A stretch of DNA of 64,000 bases from IMG/VR virus record IMGVR_UViG_3300044644_001125, positions 186,001 to 250,000 of that record, one strand, 5' to 3'. A model generated the notes under the pieces. It searched no databases, was not told where the DNA came from, and worked only from the letters and a program-made list of their open reading frames with translations. A program made the translations under genes and the position numbers. Below are positions 1 to 9,675 of the stretch, piece after piece (within the stretch, counting starts at the first letter, position 1; each line of letters begins with the position of its first letter).

Positions 1-339
1 AGTACAAAATTCTACAACATCGTTGTAAAAAATGTTGGTGGTACACCAATCAATTTACAACCATTGGATGATGCTCCAAACGAAGCATTTGAAAAAATCA
101 TGCGCGTTATGCCAAGTGGTATTTTAGCATTCTACGCACCAGCGGACACATCTGGTGTTATCAGCGTAGTTGTTGATGGTCACGCTGCACCTGTAGCTAC
201 TACTGGTGATGCAACTAAACCAGGCTTACAAGAAATCATTCGTGCATTAGGTACAACTGTTGGTGCATCTGATGGTTTATCTGGTGTTGACGTATCTGGT
301 ACTACTGTAACTTTAGGTACTGCATTCACTGTAGCTTAA
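1..339 (+). CDS. 5'-truncated protein, probably virion structural
   Basis: Frame 1 is open from base 1 to TAA at 337-339; T/G/V-rich; followed by a terminator. Confidence 0.55.
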   Translation, partial: STKFYNIVVKNVGGTPINLQPLDDAPNEAFEKIMRVMPSGILAFYAPADTSGVISVVVDGHAAPVATTGDATKPGLQEIIRALGTTVGASDGLSGVDVSGTTVTLGTAFTVA

Positions 340-382
340 TCATTTTTCGGAATTCCTCACCTTTGGGGGCCAGGGATGGGTT

Positions 383-411
383 AAAAAGGGCGGTTTTACC
401 GCCCTTTTTTT
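383..411 (+). terminator. Rho-independent terminator
   Basis: AAAAAGGGCGG-TTTTA-CCGCCCTTTTTTT. Confidence 0.85.
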
Positions 412-418
412 CGTCCTC

Positions 419-426
419 TAAATACT
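419..426 (+). promoter_or_regulatory. T4-like late promoter (C)TAAATA(C), representative copy
   Basis: The same motif precedes genes at ~824, 1903, 4144, 5808, 12381, 16455, 18730, 28394, 34613, 47664, 59374, and on the minus strand upstream of 14844, 28335, 41595, 43793. Confidence 0.8.
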
Positions 427-428
427 AA

Positions 429-824
429 ATGGAAACTTATCAAGTAATAACTACCGTTGATATTACCGTGTACTCATCGGATGAGTATGAAATCTCACAG
501 CTATCAAAAAACCAAAGAGCTAACTTCAATAGTCTAACACAAGCTATTGGATTGAGAAGCAACTTAGAATGGGATTCTTTACCCGTAAAATACACTGGAA
601 GTTTACCAGACCCAATCGAAGGCAAGGCAAATCACTGGATTTGGGAGTTCACAACCGAACGAGATCAAGTCTTTTTAAAGGATGACAACCCAGTTGGGCA
701 TCTTATTGATGACATCAATGGGGTTCCAATCATAGCAAATTTAACCAATACAGTCGATATTTACCCTGCTGCGTTTTGCACTCTAGGAAGGCAATGTAAC
801 GTCTGGTTAGCCAAAATCGGCTAA
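429..824 (+). CDS. hypothetical protein
   Basis: 131-aa ORF directly after a late promoter. Confidence 0.75.
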   Translation: METYQVITTVDITVYSSDEYEISQLSKNQRANFNSLTQAIGLRSNLEWDSLPVKYTGSLPDPIEGKANHWIWEFTTERDQVFLKDDNPVGHLIDDINGVPIIANLTNTVDIYPAAFCTLGRQCNVWLAKIG

Positions 825-832
825 ATACTAGT

Positions 833-1183
833 ATGAGACTACAAACATGGAAGGTACTGTTGAGCTTAACATTGGGCGCGATATCTGGTATTATCGGAGT
901 CTCTGTTTGGGCATTAGAAACAAATAATTATGACCTAACCAGACTAGGATTACTTATTCTATTCGCCATATGTGTATTAGGATCGGGTTGGATAATACTA
1001 ACACTTGCTACCGTATTTAAAACAATTGAACATACTCTTCTATCAGTCGATGAAATTAAAGAAGGTTTACTTGAGGCACAGCAACTACTTCGTGAATATG
1101 AAGAAGCATCATGCGCCTGTCATGGAGACCTCCTTGATGACGGCGACACAATTGAAGAATTTTTGTCTAACGACAACCGCTAA
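833..1183 (+). CDS. membrane protein, 2 predicted TM segments
   Basis: Two hydrophobic stretches in the N-terminal half; late promoter upstream. Confidence 0.7.
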   Translation: MRLQTWKVLLSLTLGAISGIIGVSVWALETNNYDLTRLGLLILFAICVLGSGWIILTLATVFKTIEHTLLSVDEIKEGLLEAQQLLREYEEASCACHGDLLDDGDTIEEFLSNDNR

Positions 1184-1205
1184 CGTTATTTTAGGAGATA
1201 ATACG

Positions 1206-1451
1206 ATGGCATCTGCACCACGAACAACACAATTAGAAAGAGAAAGTTTAGAAGCACATGTTGATTTGTGCGCGATCCGGTACGAACAACTCGATACTAG
1301 ATTAACTAACTTAGAAACCAAGGTTGATAATGTTCATGAGGACATTCTTAATGGTCAGAAAAGTTTAGTTAAAGTTATCGTGGGAACTGCAGGTACCGTT
1401 ATCACTGGAATTATCTCAATCGTAATTGCGTTATTAACAAAAACTAACTAA
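1206..1451 (+). CDS. coiled-coil protein with C-terminal TM (holin/XhlA-like topology)
   Basis: AGGAGA SD then ATG at 1206; heptads followed by IVGTAGTVITGIISIVIALL. Confidence 0.65.
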   Translation: MASAPRTTQLERESLEAHVDLCAIRYEQLDTRLTNLETKVDNVHEDILNGQKSLVKVIVGTAGTVITGIISIVIALLTKTN

Positions 1452-1461
1452 GGTTGTTATC

Positions 1462-1905
1462 ATGGCGTCACTATCTAAAAGATTAACAAACGTCATCAAT
1501 GCAACACATAAGAAATTAATCGAGAATAATCGCATATTACCAGTAGAAGTACCTGAAGGAATTCTAGTCGGAAACGTACTGATAGTATGCGATAATTCGG
1601 TTAAACATTTAATTCAAAGCAACGAATTTGTCTACCGAGATATTCACCTAAACAACGCCACTATTGCAATGGCTAATCTACTAGCCACAAATGCACCAAA
1701 ATTCAAGATAACCGAAATATACGAAGCCGACCGAGAATACTCCCGTTGGTTTATGGATAGTCAACTACTTAAAACTCGATACCACCAAGCAGAAGCCGCA
1801 TTAGAATTTCAAACAGCAGAGATATTCCTAGCAAGGTATACCGAAAGCATTGATAAAGCACTGTCTGCTAAGAAAAGAGTTAACCTCCTAATTAGAAACA
1901 GCTAA
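1462..1905 (+). CDS. hypothetical protein
   Basis: 147-aa ORF in operon. Confidence 0.75.
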   Translation: MASLSKRLTNVINATHKKLIENNRILPVEVPEGILVGNVLIVCDNSVKHLIQSNEFVYRDIHLNNATIAMANLLATNAPKFKITEIYEADREYSRWFMDSQLLKTRYHQAEAALEFQTAEIFLARYTESIDKALSAKKRVNLLIRNS

Positions 1906-1936
1906 ATACGTTATCTATCTTTAGGAACCCAAAAAA

Positions 1937-2734
1937 ATGAAAACAACTGATATCTTTAAAATCAACCGAGCATCGCATCGTCTAAATGAATCGATGGAGA
2001 AAACCTTTGGTCGTAAGTTAAACTTAGAAAGTTTTGACTTACCAAAGTTAGAAGATGCCCGTAACAAATTACGCACACAGTTAAGCCAAGAACGTGGTAA
2101 TGCTGGCTTCAACGAAAATTTAAACAATGATGCTTATATCCAAGCACAATGGATGCTAGATTCGATCAATTCTGAAATCTTACAGCGAGAAGAAGCAGGT
2201 CTTGATATTGTAGAAACTTCAACACAAGGTGGTCAAGTGAGAAAATTAAGAGAAGGTGAAATCCAACAAGCAAGTGCGATTGTAACTGCTAAAACTATGG
2301 TTGACCGTGTAGGTCGTTGGATTGAAGAATTATCTGGTATGGAAAACGATACATTGTTAACATTAGGCGATTCTATCAGAGACGAAATGAGTCAAGAACA
2401 AGCTAAACAGTTTATCTCAACGGTTGCACCTGCTATTCAAACAGCATTGACTTCATTAAAAGATACTCGTGAAGTATTAGCTTCTGGTGTTCGTCAGCTA
2501 ACAGGTGAAGAACAAAGTGCTGAAATGTTGGGTGGTCGTGTACCAGGGGAACCTGAACCAGAAATGGGTATGCCTGGTGAAGAACCAATGGAACCAGTTG
2601 CACCAGATATGATGAACCCAGATGATGAATTCGCAGTAGCTGAACCTGCTGCTGGTGGTTTTGAAGCTGCTGGTCGTGAAAAACGTGAAAGTATTAACTT
2701 CCACAATCGCGTTATGAAAGTATTGGCTGGCTAG
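1937..2734 (+). CDS. acidic helical head-associated (core/scaffold-like) protein
   Basis: Several L-x-E motifs (LNE-S, LRE-G, KRE-S), acidic Pro-rich tail; late promoter. Confidence 0.5.
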   Translation: MKTTDIFKINRASHRLNESMEKTFGRKLNLESFDLPKLEDARNKLRTQLSQERGNAGFNENLNNDAYIQAQWMLDSINSEILQREEAGLDIVETSTQGGQVRKLREGEIQQASAIVTAKTMVDRVGRWIEELSGMENDTLLTLGDSIRDEMSQEQAKQFISTVAPAIQTALTSLKDTREVLASGVRQLTGEEQSAEMLGGRVPGEPEPEMGMPGEEPMEPVAPDMMNPDDEFAVAEPAAGGFEAAGREKRESINFHNRVMKVLAG

Positions 2735-2736
2735 TT

Positions 2737-3024
2737 ATGAGATTCTCTGATTTAGATGAGAATTTTGTATTAGCAGAACTCGGTACATCACCAACAATGA
2801 TTGGCCAGACGGTGTCTGGCCAATCTGTTGCACCTCAAGGTGGTGTTAAGACTGCTGCTCCAGTTAATCAAGTAAGTCCGCAACAACAAGCGGCTATTAT
2901 AGTTAAACAGAAGCAAGACCAACGTACCCAATTACAGAATCAATTGAAACAGGCTCGTGATGCAGTTACGGCTGCTCAAAAGCAAGTTACTGATATTCAA
3001 AACCAACTGAGTAAACTAGGATGA
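2737..3024 (+). CDS. Q-rich coiled-coil protein
   Basis: 95-aa ORF. Confidence 0.7.
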   Translation: MRFSDLDENFVLAELGTSPTMIGQTVSGQSVAPQGGVKTAAPVNQVSPQQQAAIIVKQKQDQRTQLQNQLKQARDAVTAAQKQVTDIQNQLSKLG

Positions 3025-3407
3025 GATTTTACGAATTTAGTGGGGTTGATACTGGTATTGACCAATTTGCAGCATTACTTCATAACTTGGCTGGTAGAGC
3101 AGCTAGTGCTAAAAAACCATTGAAGATGAACTGGCAATCAGTTAGTCAACTAGGTAATAGCATTGGTATGGATTTGGTTAATTATGATACGTTTAAATCA
3201 ATGTATGATAATGATGCTGCTATCCAATCTATCACCAAAGACTTTGATAGGCAATATCTTGAATTAAAAGTTGCTGGTGTTTCTGACCAAGATGAAACTG
3301 ATGCCAATGCACCACCTAGTCAAAGTGTAGATGATATTGCTGCTGGTGCTGCTGAAAAGCAAATGGCACAATCTGAGAAAACTCCACCTGCTCCAAAATT
3401 AGCTTGA
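3021..3407 (+). CDS. hypothetical protein
   Basis: 128-aa ORF coupled by ATGA overlap. Confidence 0.7.
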   Translation: MRFYEFSGVDTGIDQFAALLHNLAGRAASAKKPLKMNWQSVSQLGNSIGMDLVNYDTFKSMYDNDAAIQSITKDFDRQYLELKVAGVSDQDETDANAPPSQSVDDIAAGAAEKQMAQSEKTPPAPKLA

Positions 3408-3438
3408 CATTCTGATGTATTCATGGGAAAATTGACCC

Positions 3439-4137
3439 ATGAATACATTAAATCCCCCTCGTATTATTGAACGTTATCAATATAAATCATGTGAGCAAAT
3501 TAACGATCTGGCTACAGGTAAAAGAAAGTACCTAACACCAGATGGTGAATACTTACCTTCAGTAACTACCATTCTTTCGTCTACCAAAGATCAGACACAC
3601 TTAGACCAATGGCGTGAACGCGTTGGCCATGAAAAAGCCAAGCAAATAACAAAAGATGCCGCTAATCTTGGTACTGCCATGCATAATAACTTAGAGAACT
3701 TTGTTTTCGGTAAACCAAGACAACAAGGTAGCAACTTAATTCACCAGAAAGCCAATCAGATGGCTAATGTTATTATTGAACATGGACTATCTAAAGTTTC
3801 TGAAATCTGGGCTATCGAACAAAGTCTTTACTACCCAGGCTTATACTCCGGTACTACCGATGGTATTGGTGTATATGAAGGTAAACCAGTTATTTTCGAT
3901 TACAAACAAACCAACAAACCCAAGAAAGAGGAATGGGTTCAAGATTACTATCTACAGTTAGTTTCTTATGCAATGGCTCACAACGAAGTCTATGGTACTG
4001 ATATCAAAGAAGGCGTTATCTTTATGTGTTCACAAGCATTCGAGTTCCAAAAGTTTGAATTAACTAGGGATAAGTTCCAGCATTATCAGAATATTTGGAT
4101 GGATAGAATTGAGCAACATTACCTAAAATTTGCTTAA
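3439..4137 (+). CDS. PD-(D/E)XK exonuclease (Cas4/RecB-like phage family)
   Basis: LPSVTTIL; IE..LY..G.YSGTTD; IFDYKQT; YYLQL..YA.AH. Confidence 0.85.
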   Translation: MNTLNPPRIIERYQYKSCEQINDLATGKRKYLTPDGEYLPSVTTILSSTKDQTHLDQWRERVGHEKAKQITKDAANLGTAMHNNLENFVFGKPRQQGSNLIHQKANQMANVIIEHGLSKVSEIWAIEQSLYYPGLYSGTTDGIGVYEGKPVIFDYKQTNKPKKEEWVQDYYLQLVSYAMAHNEVYGTDIKEGVIFMCSQAFEFQKFELTRDKFQHYQNIWMDRIEQHYLKFA

Positions 4138-4170
4138 AATCGCCTAAATACTAGATATTAGGAGAAACTC

Positions 4171-5694
4171 GTGTCGGTAATTCAAATTAGTCGAATACAA
4201 CAACGTCGTGGTAAAAAGAATTCAACCAGTGGAGTTCCACAATTGAGTTCTGCTGAACTTGCGTGGGCGGTTGATACACAAGAACTTTACATCGGTAACG
4301 GTAGTGTTGCTGAAGGCGCACCATACGTCGGTAATACACGAATCCTTACCGAACATGAAAACATATTACTATACGCATCTGGTTATTCATTTGCACACGG
4401 TGATGATTCTATAGATTACACTACAACAGCAACCCGTACTATACAAAGTAAACTAGATGAGTATGTTTCAGTATTAGATTTCGGTGCAGTCGGTGATAAT
4501 CTTACTGATAATACCGCAGCGTTCCAAGCGGCATTAGACCAACTATTCAAAAATACCGATACTACTAAGTACAAAGTTTTAGTAGTACCGAATGGCACTT
4601 ACAAGTTTTTAAATGACTTGCATATCCCTAGCAATGCCATTATTCGTGGTGAAACTAGAAATGCAACGTTGAACATTGGTACATCTACTATTAACGTTAT
4701 TTCTGGTTTAGAAGCCAGACCTATCAATATTGAGTTGTCAAATTTAACCATTCAACGTACCACTGGTCAATTAGATTTAACTAGTTCTAAAGCAGTAAAA
4801 GTAGAAAATGTTAAATTTGTTGGTGATTATACCCTAGATACTGATATAATCGATCCATTATCTGAGTATGCAGCTGTCATTTGGCAAAATGAATTTATTG
4901 CAAATGCTACCACTGATTTAACTTTTGAAAAATGTGAGTTTGATTCTGTTAGTATCGCGGTTAGATGCACACAACTAGGTGCATTTAGAACCGATGTTAT
5001 TTTTGATAATTGTGTATTCGCAACAAACTTCAATAGTATCGAAATCGATGGATACACCAAACAAGAAAATGCGTGGCTAATCACTGATTGCAAATTCAAT
5101 GAAGTATTCAATAATGCGTTCTATTCTAATTACGGTTCAGGAACCGTTATTCAGAACTCGTCATTTAAGGTTTGTGGTAATGGAGTTAATAATGCAGCAT
5201 ACCCATTGGTCCCAGTGATTTACTTCGGCGAAAAGATAAACAATATCGCAGTTGGGTGTAGATGCGATAGACAACAAGCAATTAGTAATACCGTGTCGTC
5301 TGATACATTAGCTATTGCTACCGCAGTAAATGCCAATCTAGCTGAATTTGTTGAGTATAATAGTCATGATATCGTAACTACAAATAGTAACGTATTAACT
5401 GTATTCTCAACAAAAAATCGTTATATTAAGATTAATTACACGCTAACGTTGGGTAGTTATACCAGAACTGGGGTGTTAACGATATCAGTTGATGATTTGT
5501 ACACCGATGCATCAATTAGTGATCAATACGAATACTCTGCTGGCTCAGATGCCATTCTTGGATTTGAATTTGCTGCAGTTATAAAAGACAATGATGCTAA
5601 TTCAATAAATGATACTATTGCATTACTTTACAGTAATCCACCAGCTACAGGTGATGCTGGTACAATCACATATTCCGTATCTTACGGCGTTTAA
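4171..5694 (+). CDS. virion protein with pectate-lyase-3-like beta-helix
   Basis: N-terminal IQQRRG...ELAWAVDTQELYIG; SVLDFGAVGDNLTDNTAAFQAA motif; GTG start after AGGAG. Confidence 0.75.
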   Translation: MSVIQISRIQQRRGKKNSTSGVPQLSSAELAWAVDTQELYIGNGSVAEGAPYVGNTRILTEHENILLYASGYSFAHGDDSIDYTTTATRTIQSKLDEYVSVLDFGAVGDNLTDNTAAFQAALDQLFKNTDTTKYKVLVVPNGTYKFLNDLHIPSNAIIRGETRNATLNIGTSTINVISGLEARPINIELSNLTIQRTTGQLDLTSSKAVKVENVKFVGDYTLDTDIIDPLSEYAAVIWQNEFIANATTDLTFEKCEFDSVSIAVRCTQLGAFRTDVIFDNCVFATNFNSIEIDGYTKQENAWLITDCKFNEVFNNAFYSNYGSGTVIQNSSFKVCGNGVNNAAYPLVPVIYFGEKINNIAVGCRCDRQQAISNTVSSDTLAIATAVNANLAEFVEYNSHDIVTTNSNVLTVFSTKNRYIKINYTLTLGSYTRTGVLTISVDDLYTDASISDQYEYSAGSDAILGFEFAAVIKDNDANSINDTIALLYSNPPATGDAGTITYSVSYGV

Positions 5695-5838
5695 AACAAT
5701 AACAAATCTTCAAAAACTAACCGGGGTGCAATTAGCACCCTTTTCTTTCAACCGTTGCATGATTGCGAGTTTAGTGCTAGAATGCCAAAATCTAGTGAAA
5801 ATCTAGCCTAAATATCATACAATCAATAAGAGGCACGC

Positions 5839-6831
5839 ATGGCAATCAGAATATTAACTGAAAAATCGACATACACTGTCGATTATCCTACTGCAATTGA
5901 GTTTGCAGAACAACAAGCCGAAGTCTTTTGGCTACCAGGTGAAATCGAGGTCGAAAAAGACCTGCATGATATGAAAACAACCTTCACCGAATCAGAATAT
6001 CATGGAGTTATCTCAACTCTAAAATTGTTTACAATATATGAGCTATCAGTTGGTAATGATTACTGGCAGAACTATGTTTCTAAAGTATTCCCGAGACCAG
6101 ACATCCAAAGAATGGCTGCTACCTTTTCATTTATGGAATTAGGGGTTCATGCACCATTCTACAACAAAATTAACGAAGTACTTGGTTTAGATACCGATGA
6201 GTTTTACAGTGATTATATGAACGACGAAGTTCTTAAAAATCGCATGGCTTGGATTGGTAAACGTACCGAAAAACGTGATACAGTTTATGATATCTTAAAG
6301 TCAGTTGGTATCTTCTCTATGATTGAAGGTGCTATTCTATACAGTTCATTTGCTTTCTTAAAGCATTTCAATAGTGTAGGTAAAAATAAGCTCAGTGCCA
6401 TAAACTCCGGAATCAACTTCTCGGCTATCGATGAAACTTTGCACAGTCAAGCAGGTGCTTGGTTATTCAGAACATTGTTATCAGAGGCTATCGCTGACAA
6501 TGCGTTAACTGAAGAAGAATTAAAAAGTCTAAAAGATGATTTAGTCGAAACAGCCAACTTGATTCTTGAGCATGAAACTGTTATTATTAATAAGATATTC
6601 GAAAAAGGTCCAATCCGTGGTATTACGGATAAGCAGTTGATTCATTTTGTTGAATCAAGATTGGATACTTGTTTGAAAAACTTGGGTTACAAAGCTATCT
6701 TTAAACCCACGTACAACCCTATCGAAGAATGGTTCATGAAAGATTTGAATTCGAGTGTTCTACACGATTTCTTTTCAAGTACTGGATCGGATTATACACG
6801 CGCTTGGATTGAAGGACGTTTCACATGGTAA
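5839..6831 (+). CDS. nrdB: ribonucleotide reductase class I beta subunit
   Basis: FWLPGE, ELGVHAPFY, IEG..LYSSF, DETLH. Confidence 0.93.
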   Translation: MAIRILTEKSTYTVDYPTAIEFAEQQAEVFWLPGEIEVEKDLHDMKTTFTESEYHGVISTLKLFTIYELSVGNDYWQNYVSKVFPRPDIQRMAATFSFMELGVHAPFYNKINEVLGLDTDEFYSDYMNDEVLKNRMAWIGKRTEKRDTVYDILKSVGIFSMIEGAILYSSFAFLKHFNSVGKNKLSAINSGINFSAIDETLHSQAGAWLFRTLLSEAIADNALTEEELKSLKDDLVETANLILEHETVIINKIFEKGPIRGITDKQLIHFVESRLDTCLKNLGYKAIFKPTYNPIEEWFMKDLNSSVLHDFFSSTGSDYTRAWIEGRFTW

Positions 6832-9401
6832 AAAAAGAACAATCAATTTATGCTGAATTAGGCGAGGAACGTAAACGCCTACAAGAAGAAGGTAAACTGC
6901 CTGAATGGGTAACCACACCAGCATGGCAAATGCTAAAAGAAAATTACCTATCTGAGAAGTACCCTGATTTATACTCGGTTTATCATCGAGTAGCCGATCA
7001 TGCTGCAAAGTATACAAATAATCAAGAAGAATGGAGTGCCAAGTTCTTTGAATTGCTTTGGAATGGTTGGTTAGCTGCTTCAACTCCAGTTCTATCTAAT
7101 ATGGGTACTGGTATTGGTTGTGCAGTGTCTTGTTCTGGTGGTTATATCAATGATAGCGTATATGACTTTTATGATGCACAAAAAGAAGCCGCAGTTCTGT
7201 CTAAAAATGGATTTGGTACTTCTGGTTACTTAGGTGCTATCAGACCACGCGGTTCTAAAATTGCAGGTATGAAAGGTGCTGCATCTGGTGTATTGCCAGT
7301 ATTCAAAGACTTTGTACAGCTATCACGTGATATCAGCCAAGGTAGCCAACGAAGAGGTGCTTGGGCTGGTTATATCGAAATCGATCATGGTGATTTCCAT
7401 GAATTAGTTAATTACATTGGTAAAAACCCAGACGATGCTAATATTGGTTGGAATGTAACTGATGCGTTTATTGCTAGATTAGATGCTGGTGATCCTGATG
7501 CAATTGAACGCTATCAAAAAGCACTTAAATTGAAAATGATTACAGGTAAAGGTTACTTTTTCTTTGTTGATAAAGTAAACCGCCAAGCACCTCAGATGTT
7601 TAAAGACAAAGGATTGGAGATTAAAGCATCTAATCTCTGCTTAACTGGTGATACATTAATCAAAATCAAGATTGCTGATGCTATTAACAGTATTAAGTTA
7701 GAAGACTTTGTTCAATACTACACCGCCGATTCTACAGTGCAAGTACAAACTTACTTAGATGGTAATGTCCATTGGTCATCAGTTAGTGCTGCTGCTCAAA
7801 CTGCGATTGTTACTGAGTTGTATGAAATTTCAACAAAAGATAGTATGATTAAATGTACTAGTAATCACAAAATCTTTACGGTTAACCGTGGTTATGTAGA
7901 AGCTAAGGACTTAACGGAAACCGATTATCTTTTAGCGAGTAACGGTGAAGTTGCTAGTATTACAGTTAATATTATTGAAGTTGAAGAAACTCCAGTATAT
8001 GACATCACGGTACCAGAAACAGAATGCTTCTTTGCCAATGATCTTTTAGTACACAACTGCTCAGAAATTGCATTATTTTCAGACGAAGACCATACATTCT
8101 CATGTGTATTATCTTCAATGAATGCGTCACTTTACGATGAGTGGAAAGATACTGACGCAGTGTTTAATGCAACTGTTTTCTTAGACTGTGTTAACCAAGA
8201 TTTAATTGAAATTGGTAAAACAAAACGTGGTATGGAAAAAGTTGTTCGATTTGCTGAGAAAAGCCGTGCATTAGGTTTAGGTATGCTTGGTTTCCATACT
8301 TATCTACAAGATAACATGATCGCATTTGATTCAATGGAAGCCTATTACAAGAATACTGAAATCTTTAAGCATTTACATGATGAATCTAAAAGAGCATCTG
8401 AGTGGATGGCTTCAGCATTTGGAGAACCTGAATGGTGTGAAGGTTACGGTGTTAGAAACGTAACGAGAATCGCGATTGCGCCGAATATGTGTGTAACAGC
8501 GGATACTAAGATTGTTCTAGGTGACCAATCAGTTGTTGATTATGCTACCTTGATTGGTAAAATGGGTCTTGATTATGATGCTATACGAGCAACAAATGAT
8601 AAACAATGGCATTCTGCCGTTACTCCAGTAGTAGTTGCAACTCCTGAAGGTACTAAAACTGTTGATAAAATCTGGTATAACGGTATTGAAACTGTTTATA
8701 TGGTAACTTTCACGAAAGGCGATGAATACTATTCAATTACCTGTACGGAAAAACATAAGTTTAGACGTATCGATGGTGAATGGATTGAAGCACATGATTT
8801 AGTTAAAGGTGAGCAGTTTGACAATGGTTGGACTTTTGAAGTTATTGAAGAAATGCCGCTACAAGAAGCGACTTTTGACATCGAAGTTCCAGACGAGCAC
8901 TGTTATCTTTTAGAATCAGGTATTGTTAGTCATAACTCGTCTTCATTAATTTGTGGTTCTGTATCACAAGGTATTGAGCCAATCTACAAAAACGCATACG
9001 TGCAAAACACGGCTGCTGGTAAGATTGATCGAGTTAACCCAACTTTATTACGATTAATGAAAGAAAAAGGTGTTTATTCTGATAAGATCGTTAAAGATAT
9101 TATTGATAATCACGGTTCAGTACAACACGTTGACTGGCTAACAGATGATGAAAAAGCTGTATTTAAAACAGCATTTGAAATTCCACAAACCCAGATCATT
9201 CGATTGGCTTCTGCTAGACAACGGTTTATTGACCAAGCACAAAGTATTAACTTATTCTTTAGTGCTGAAGAAGATGAAGAATACATTAGTGAAGTTCATA
9301 AAATGGCATTCAAAGATCCGTATGTTAAATCACTGTATTACATTAGATCTGAGAATGGTGTTGATGTAAACAAATCAGCATGCGTTGCATGTGAAGGCTA
9401 A
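6825..9401 (+). CDS. nrdA: ribonucleotide reductase class I alpha subunit with two inteins
   Basis: STPVLSN, VSCSG, SNL/CSEI, IAPN/SSS, QAQSINL, KSLYY, C-terminal CVAC. Confidence 0.95.
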   Translation: MVKKEQSIYAELGEERKRLQEEGKLPEWVTTPAWQMLKENYLSEKYPDLYSVYHRVADHAAKYTNNQEEWSAKFFELLWNGWLAASTPVLSNMGTGIGCAVSCSGGYINDSVYDFYDAQKEAAVLSKNGFGTSGYLGAIRPRGSKIAGMKGAASGVLPVFKDFVQLSRDISQGSQRRGAWAGYIEIDHGDFHELVNYIGKNPDDANIGWNVTDAFIARLDAGDPDAIERYQKALKLKMITGKGYFFFVDKVNRQAPQMFKDKGLEIKASNLCLTGDTLIKIKIADAINSIKLEDFVQYYTADSTVQVQTYLDGNVHWSSVSAAAQTAIVTELYEISTKDSMIKCTSNHKIFTVNRGYVEAKDLTETDYLLASNGEVASITVNIIEVEETPVYDITVPETECFFANDLLVHNCSEIALFSDEDHTFSCVLSSMNASLYDEWKDTDAVFNATVFLDCVNQDLIEIGKTKRGMEKVVRFAEKSRALGLGMLGFHTYLQDNMIAFDSMEAYYKNTEIFKHLHDESKRASEWMASAFGEPEWCEGYGVRNVTRIAIAPNMCVTADTKIVLGDQSVVDYATLIGKMGLDYDAIRATNDKQWHSAVTPVVVATPEGTKTVDKIWYNGIETVYMVTFTKGDEYYSITCTEKHKFRRIDGEWIEAHDLVKGEQFDNGWTFEVIEEMPLQEATFDIEVPDEHCYLLESGIVSHNSSSLICGSVSQGIEPIYKNAYVQNTAAGKIDRVNPTLLRLMKEKGVYSDKIVKDIIDNHGSVQHVDWLTDDEKAVFKTAFEIPQTQIIRLASARQRFIDQAQSINLFFSAEEDEEYISEVHKMAFKDPYVKSLYYIRSENGVDVNKSACVACEG
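7638..8057 (+). mobile_element. mini-intein 1 in NrdA (140 aa)
   Basis: SNL|CLTGDT...CTSNHKIF...VYDITV..TECFFANDLLVHN|CSEI; no endonuclease domain. Confidence 0.92.
8490..8936 (+). mobile_element. mini-intein 2 in NrdA (149 aa)
   Basis: IAPNM|CVTADT...CTEKHKF...TFDIEV..EHCYLLESGIVSHN|SSS. Confidence 0.92.
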
Positions 9402-9451
9402 ATCACAAGGGTGGTAGCAATACCACCCTTTACTTTTTGAGGAGAAACCCT

Positions 9452-9667
9452 ATGACACCTGAAAACTTCTGCTACTGGCTGCAAGGTAAAGCTGAATTGC
9501 ATCCAAATCCACCGACCAAAGAACAGTGGCAAGCCATTCGAGAACATTTGGATTTAGTAATGACCAAAGTTACGCCACCTGTACAATACGATAACGTCTT
9601 TCCTAGTTTCTTTGAAGACGACTATATCGATTTTAACAAGATCGATCCACTTACATTAACCTGTTAG
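9452..9667 (+). CDS. conserved phage hypothetical (MTPENFCYWLQG)
   Basis: GAGGAG SD before ATG 9452. Confidence 0.65.
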   Translation: MTPENFCYWLQGKAELHPNPPTKEQWQAIREHLDLVMTKVTPPVQYDNVFPSFFEDDYIDFNKIDPLTLTC

Positions 9668-9675
9668 GAAAAACC

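Noticed and set aside
5839-6831. Glu instead of Asp at the first metal ligand of NrdB as a novel RNR class
   Set aside because: The radical Tyr is retained (H-x3-Y) and this appears to be a subfamily trait; cannot be assessed without an alignment
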